From the NCBI RefSeq assembly GCF_964059045.1, contig NZ_OZ060402.1:390001-422000 (forward strand): 32,000 nucleotides of DNA, written 5' to 3'. This stretch comes from Candidatus Saccharimonadota bacterium. Its GTDB lineage: Bacteria > Pseudomonadota > Gammaproteobacteria > Enterobacterales > Enterobacteriaceae. The notes below the pieces were generated by a model. That model had not been told where the DNA came from and searched no databases. It saw only the letters and a program-made list of their open reading frames with translations. The position numbers and the translations under genes were made by a program. Shown here in pieces: positions 30,254-32,000 of this stretch; the first letter of the stretch is position 1, and every line of letters starts with the position of its first letter.

Positions 30254-31591
30254 ATGTCAAAAATTAAAAAAATTATTGCTCGAGAAATAATTGATTCTAG
30301 AGGATATCCGACAATTGAATCTGAAGTTCATCTTGAAAATGGATGTATAGGTTTAGCTTCTGTTCCATCTGGAGCATCAACAGGTTCAAGAGAAGCATTA
30401 GAATTAAGAGATGGTGATCCATCTTATTTTTCAGGGAAAGGAGTCAAAAAAGCGATTAATATCATAAATAATGAAATTAACGAATTACTACATCAACAAA
30501 ATCCTATGAATCAAAAAAATATTGATTCTATGATGATAGAATTAGATAATACCTATAATAAATCAAAATTAGGAGCAAATTCTATTTTATCAGTATCCTT
30601 AGCAAACGCCAAAGCAGCTGCTCATACAAATAAAATTCCTTTATACCAACATATCTCAAATATATATGAAAATTCTGGAATTTTTTCTATGCCATTACCA
30701 ATGATAAACATTATCAATGGTGGAAAACATGCAAATAATAATATAGATATACAAGAATTCATGATTCAACCAATTAGTGCAAAAAATATCAAAGAAGCAA
30801 TACATATGGGATCAACAATATTCCATAAATTATCAGAAATATTACAAAAAAAAGGTATGAATACTGCTGTTGGAGATGAAGGAGGCTATGCTCCAAATTT
30901 AAATTCTAATGCAGATGCTTTAAAAATCATTCAAGAAGCTATAGAACAAACAGATTATATTTTAGGTAAAGATATTACTTTAGCTTTAGATTGTGCAGCT
31001 TCTGAATTATACGATAACAAAACTAAAAAATACTATTTAAATAGTGAAAAAAAAAGTTTTAATTCAAAAGAATTTACACATTATTTAGAAAAATTAACCG
31101 AGAAATATCCAATTACATCTATAGAAGATGGTCAATCTGAATTAGATTGGGAAGGATTTTCATATCAAACAAAAATGTTAGGGGGAAAAATTCAATTAGT
31201 CGGAGATGACTTATTTGTAACTAATACAGAAATTTTAAAAAAAGGAATAAAAAAAAATATAGCTAATTCTATTTTAATTAAATTTAATCAAATTGGAACA
31301 TTGACAGAAACTTTATCAGCTATTAAATTAGCTAAAAAATCAAAATACACTACAATCATTTCACATAGATCTGGAGAAACAGAAGATTCATTTTTAGCTG
31401 ATTTAGCTGTAGGAACTGCTGCTGGTCAAATTAAAACAGGATCAATGAGTCGTTCTGACAGACTTATCAAATATAATCAATTAATAAGAATTGAAGAAAA
31501 ATTAGGATATTTAGCAGCACCTTATCATGGTAAAAAAGAATTAAATATGTTTAATAATTGTTGTAAAAATAAAAATAAAACAAAAAATTAA
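30254..31591 (+). CDS. eno: Enolase
   Basis: The ATG at 30254 gives [30 protein letters not shown] (E. coli [30 protein letters not shown]). It also contains [48 protein letters not shown], and SHRSGETED...[13 protein letters not shown]. The track ORF start at 30092 lies inside pyrG and is not used. Confidence 0.96.
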   Translation: MSKIKKIIAREIIDSRGYPTIESEVHLENGCIGLASVPSGASTGSREALELRDGDPSYFSGKGVKKAINIINNEINELLHQQNPMNQKNIDSMMIELDNTYNKSKLGANSILSVSLANAKAAAHTNKIPLYQHISNIYENSGIFSMPLPMINIINGGKHANNNIDIQEFMIQPISAKNIKEAIHMGSTIFHKLSEILQKKGMNTAVGDEGGYAPNLNSNADALKIIQEAIEQTDYILGKDITLALDCAASELYDNKTKKYYLNSEKKSFNSKEFTHYLEKLTEKYPITSIEDGQSELDWEGFSYQTKMLGGKIQLVGDDLFVTNTEILKKGIKKNIANSILIKFNQIGTLTETLSAIKLAKKSKYTTIISHRSGETEDSFLADLAVGTAAGQIKTGSMSRSDRLIKYNQLIRIEEKLGYLAAPYHGKKELNMFNNCCKNKNKTKN

Positions 31592-31894
31592 TATCAATAA
31601 TAATTCAATTAATAATATGTCTTATTTATGATTAATATTTTATTGTTTAAGAATGTTTATTCTAGTTAATTATTATAAATGTAGTAAACAAGAATATTTT
31701 TATTTATTTAAAAATATAATTTATTCTATAAAATATATAAGATATATATATAAATATATAATTAATGTAATTGATAAAGATAAAAATTTTATTAACATAA
31801 AAAAATCTCAAAATATTAATTTATATTTATACAATATATTTATATATACTACTAATATTATATTTTTAAAAATGAAAATGATAATAAATTATTT

Positions 31895-31934
31895 TATAAG
31901 TAGTCCATATTAAAATAGATATGGACTACTTATA
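31895..31934 (+). terminator. 16-bp perfect stem-loop about 300 nt downstream of eno; candidate terminator (owner gene uncertain)
   Basis: TTTAAGTAGTCCATAT (31895-31910), loop TAAAATAG, then ATATGGACTACTTAAA (31919-31934). The arms were verified as exact reverse complements and contain 5 G/C pairs. TATTATTT follows on the plus strand. Confidence 0.45.
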
Positions 31935-32000
31935 TTATTTAAAAGAAGTTTATTATAATAAAAAAACAAAATAATGTATAAAATTTTTAATAATATATCA

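Noticed and set aside
31653-31913. An 86-aa ORF downstream of eno as a possible novel small protein.
   Set aside because: Its composition (Ile/Tyr/Asn/Lys/Phe) is what random translation of roughly 90% A/T DNA gives. It has no Shine-Dalgarno, no recognisable motif, and it terminates inside a hairpin.

Overview
The window is extremely AT-rich (roughly 80% A+T by eye, with spacers that are almost pure A/T). It looks like a syntenic housekeeping segment of a reduced gammaproteobacterial insect-endosymbiont chromosome. The gene order is nusA, tRNA-Leu, secG, ftsH, rlmE, greA, ibaG, rplU, rpmA, obgE, rpsI, rplM, pheA, ffh, rpsP, rimM, trmD, rplS, tldD, aroQ, rluD, alaS, csrA, tRNA-Ser, tRNA-Arg, gshA, ygfA, rpiA, tRNA-Gln/Leu/Met, glnS, pyrG, eno. 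This matches my recollection of Buchnera aphidicola, but that is inference from memory and no search was possible. I support 28 protein genes, 6 tRNAs, a few GC-containing hairpins that look like intrinsic terminators, and several long perfect inverted repeats. I see no rRNA, CRISPR array, IS or phage remnant, toxin or defence cassette, or any multi-gene system of unknown function. I therefore do not claim a novel system. The most notable observations are coding-frame anomalies. (1) In nusA a 60-nt stretch encodes the conserved NusA peptide only in a shifted frame, bracketed by two compensating 1-nt indels. (2) secG is interrupted at a T9 tract just after an MYD start. (3) ygfA is split at an A10 tract. 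Other observations are unusually long perfect palindromes upstream of nusA and secG, empty syntenic slots for glmM/folP, murA and metY/rimP, degenerate PheA allosteric motifs, a methionine-poor Ffh M domain, and tRNA genes that mostly lack an encoded CCA. All homology calls come from by-eye comparison with remembered E. coli sequences.
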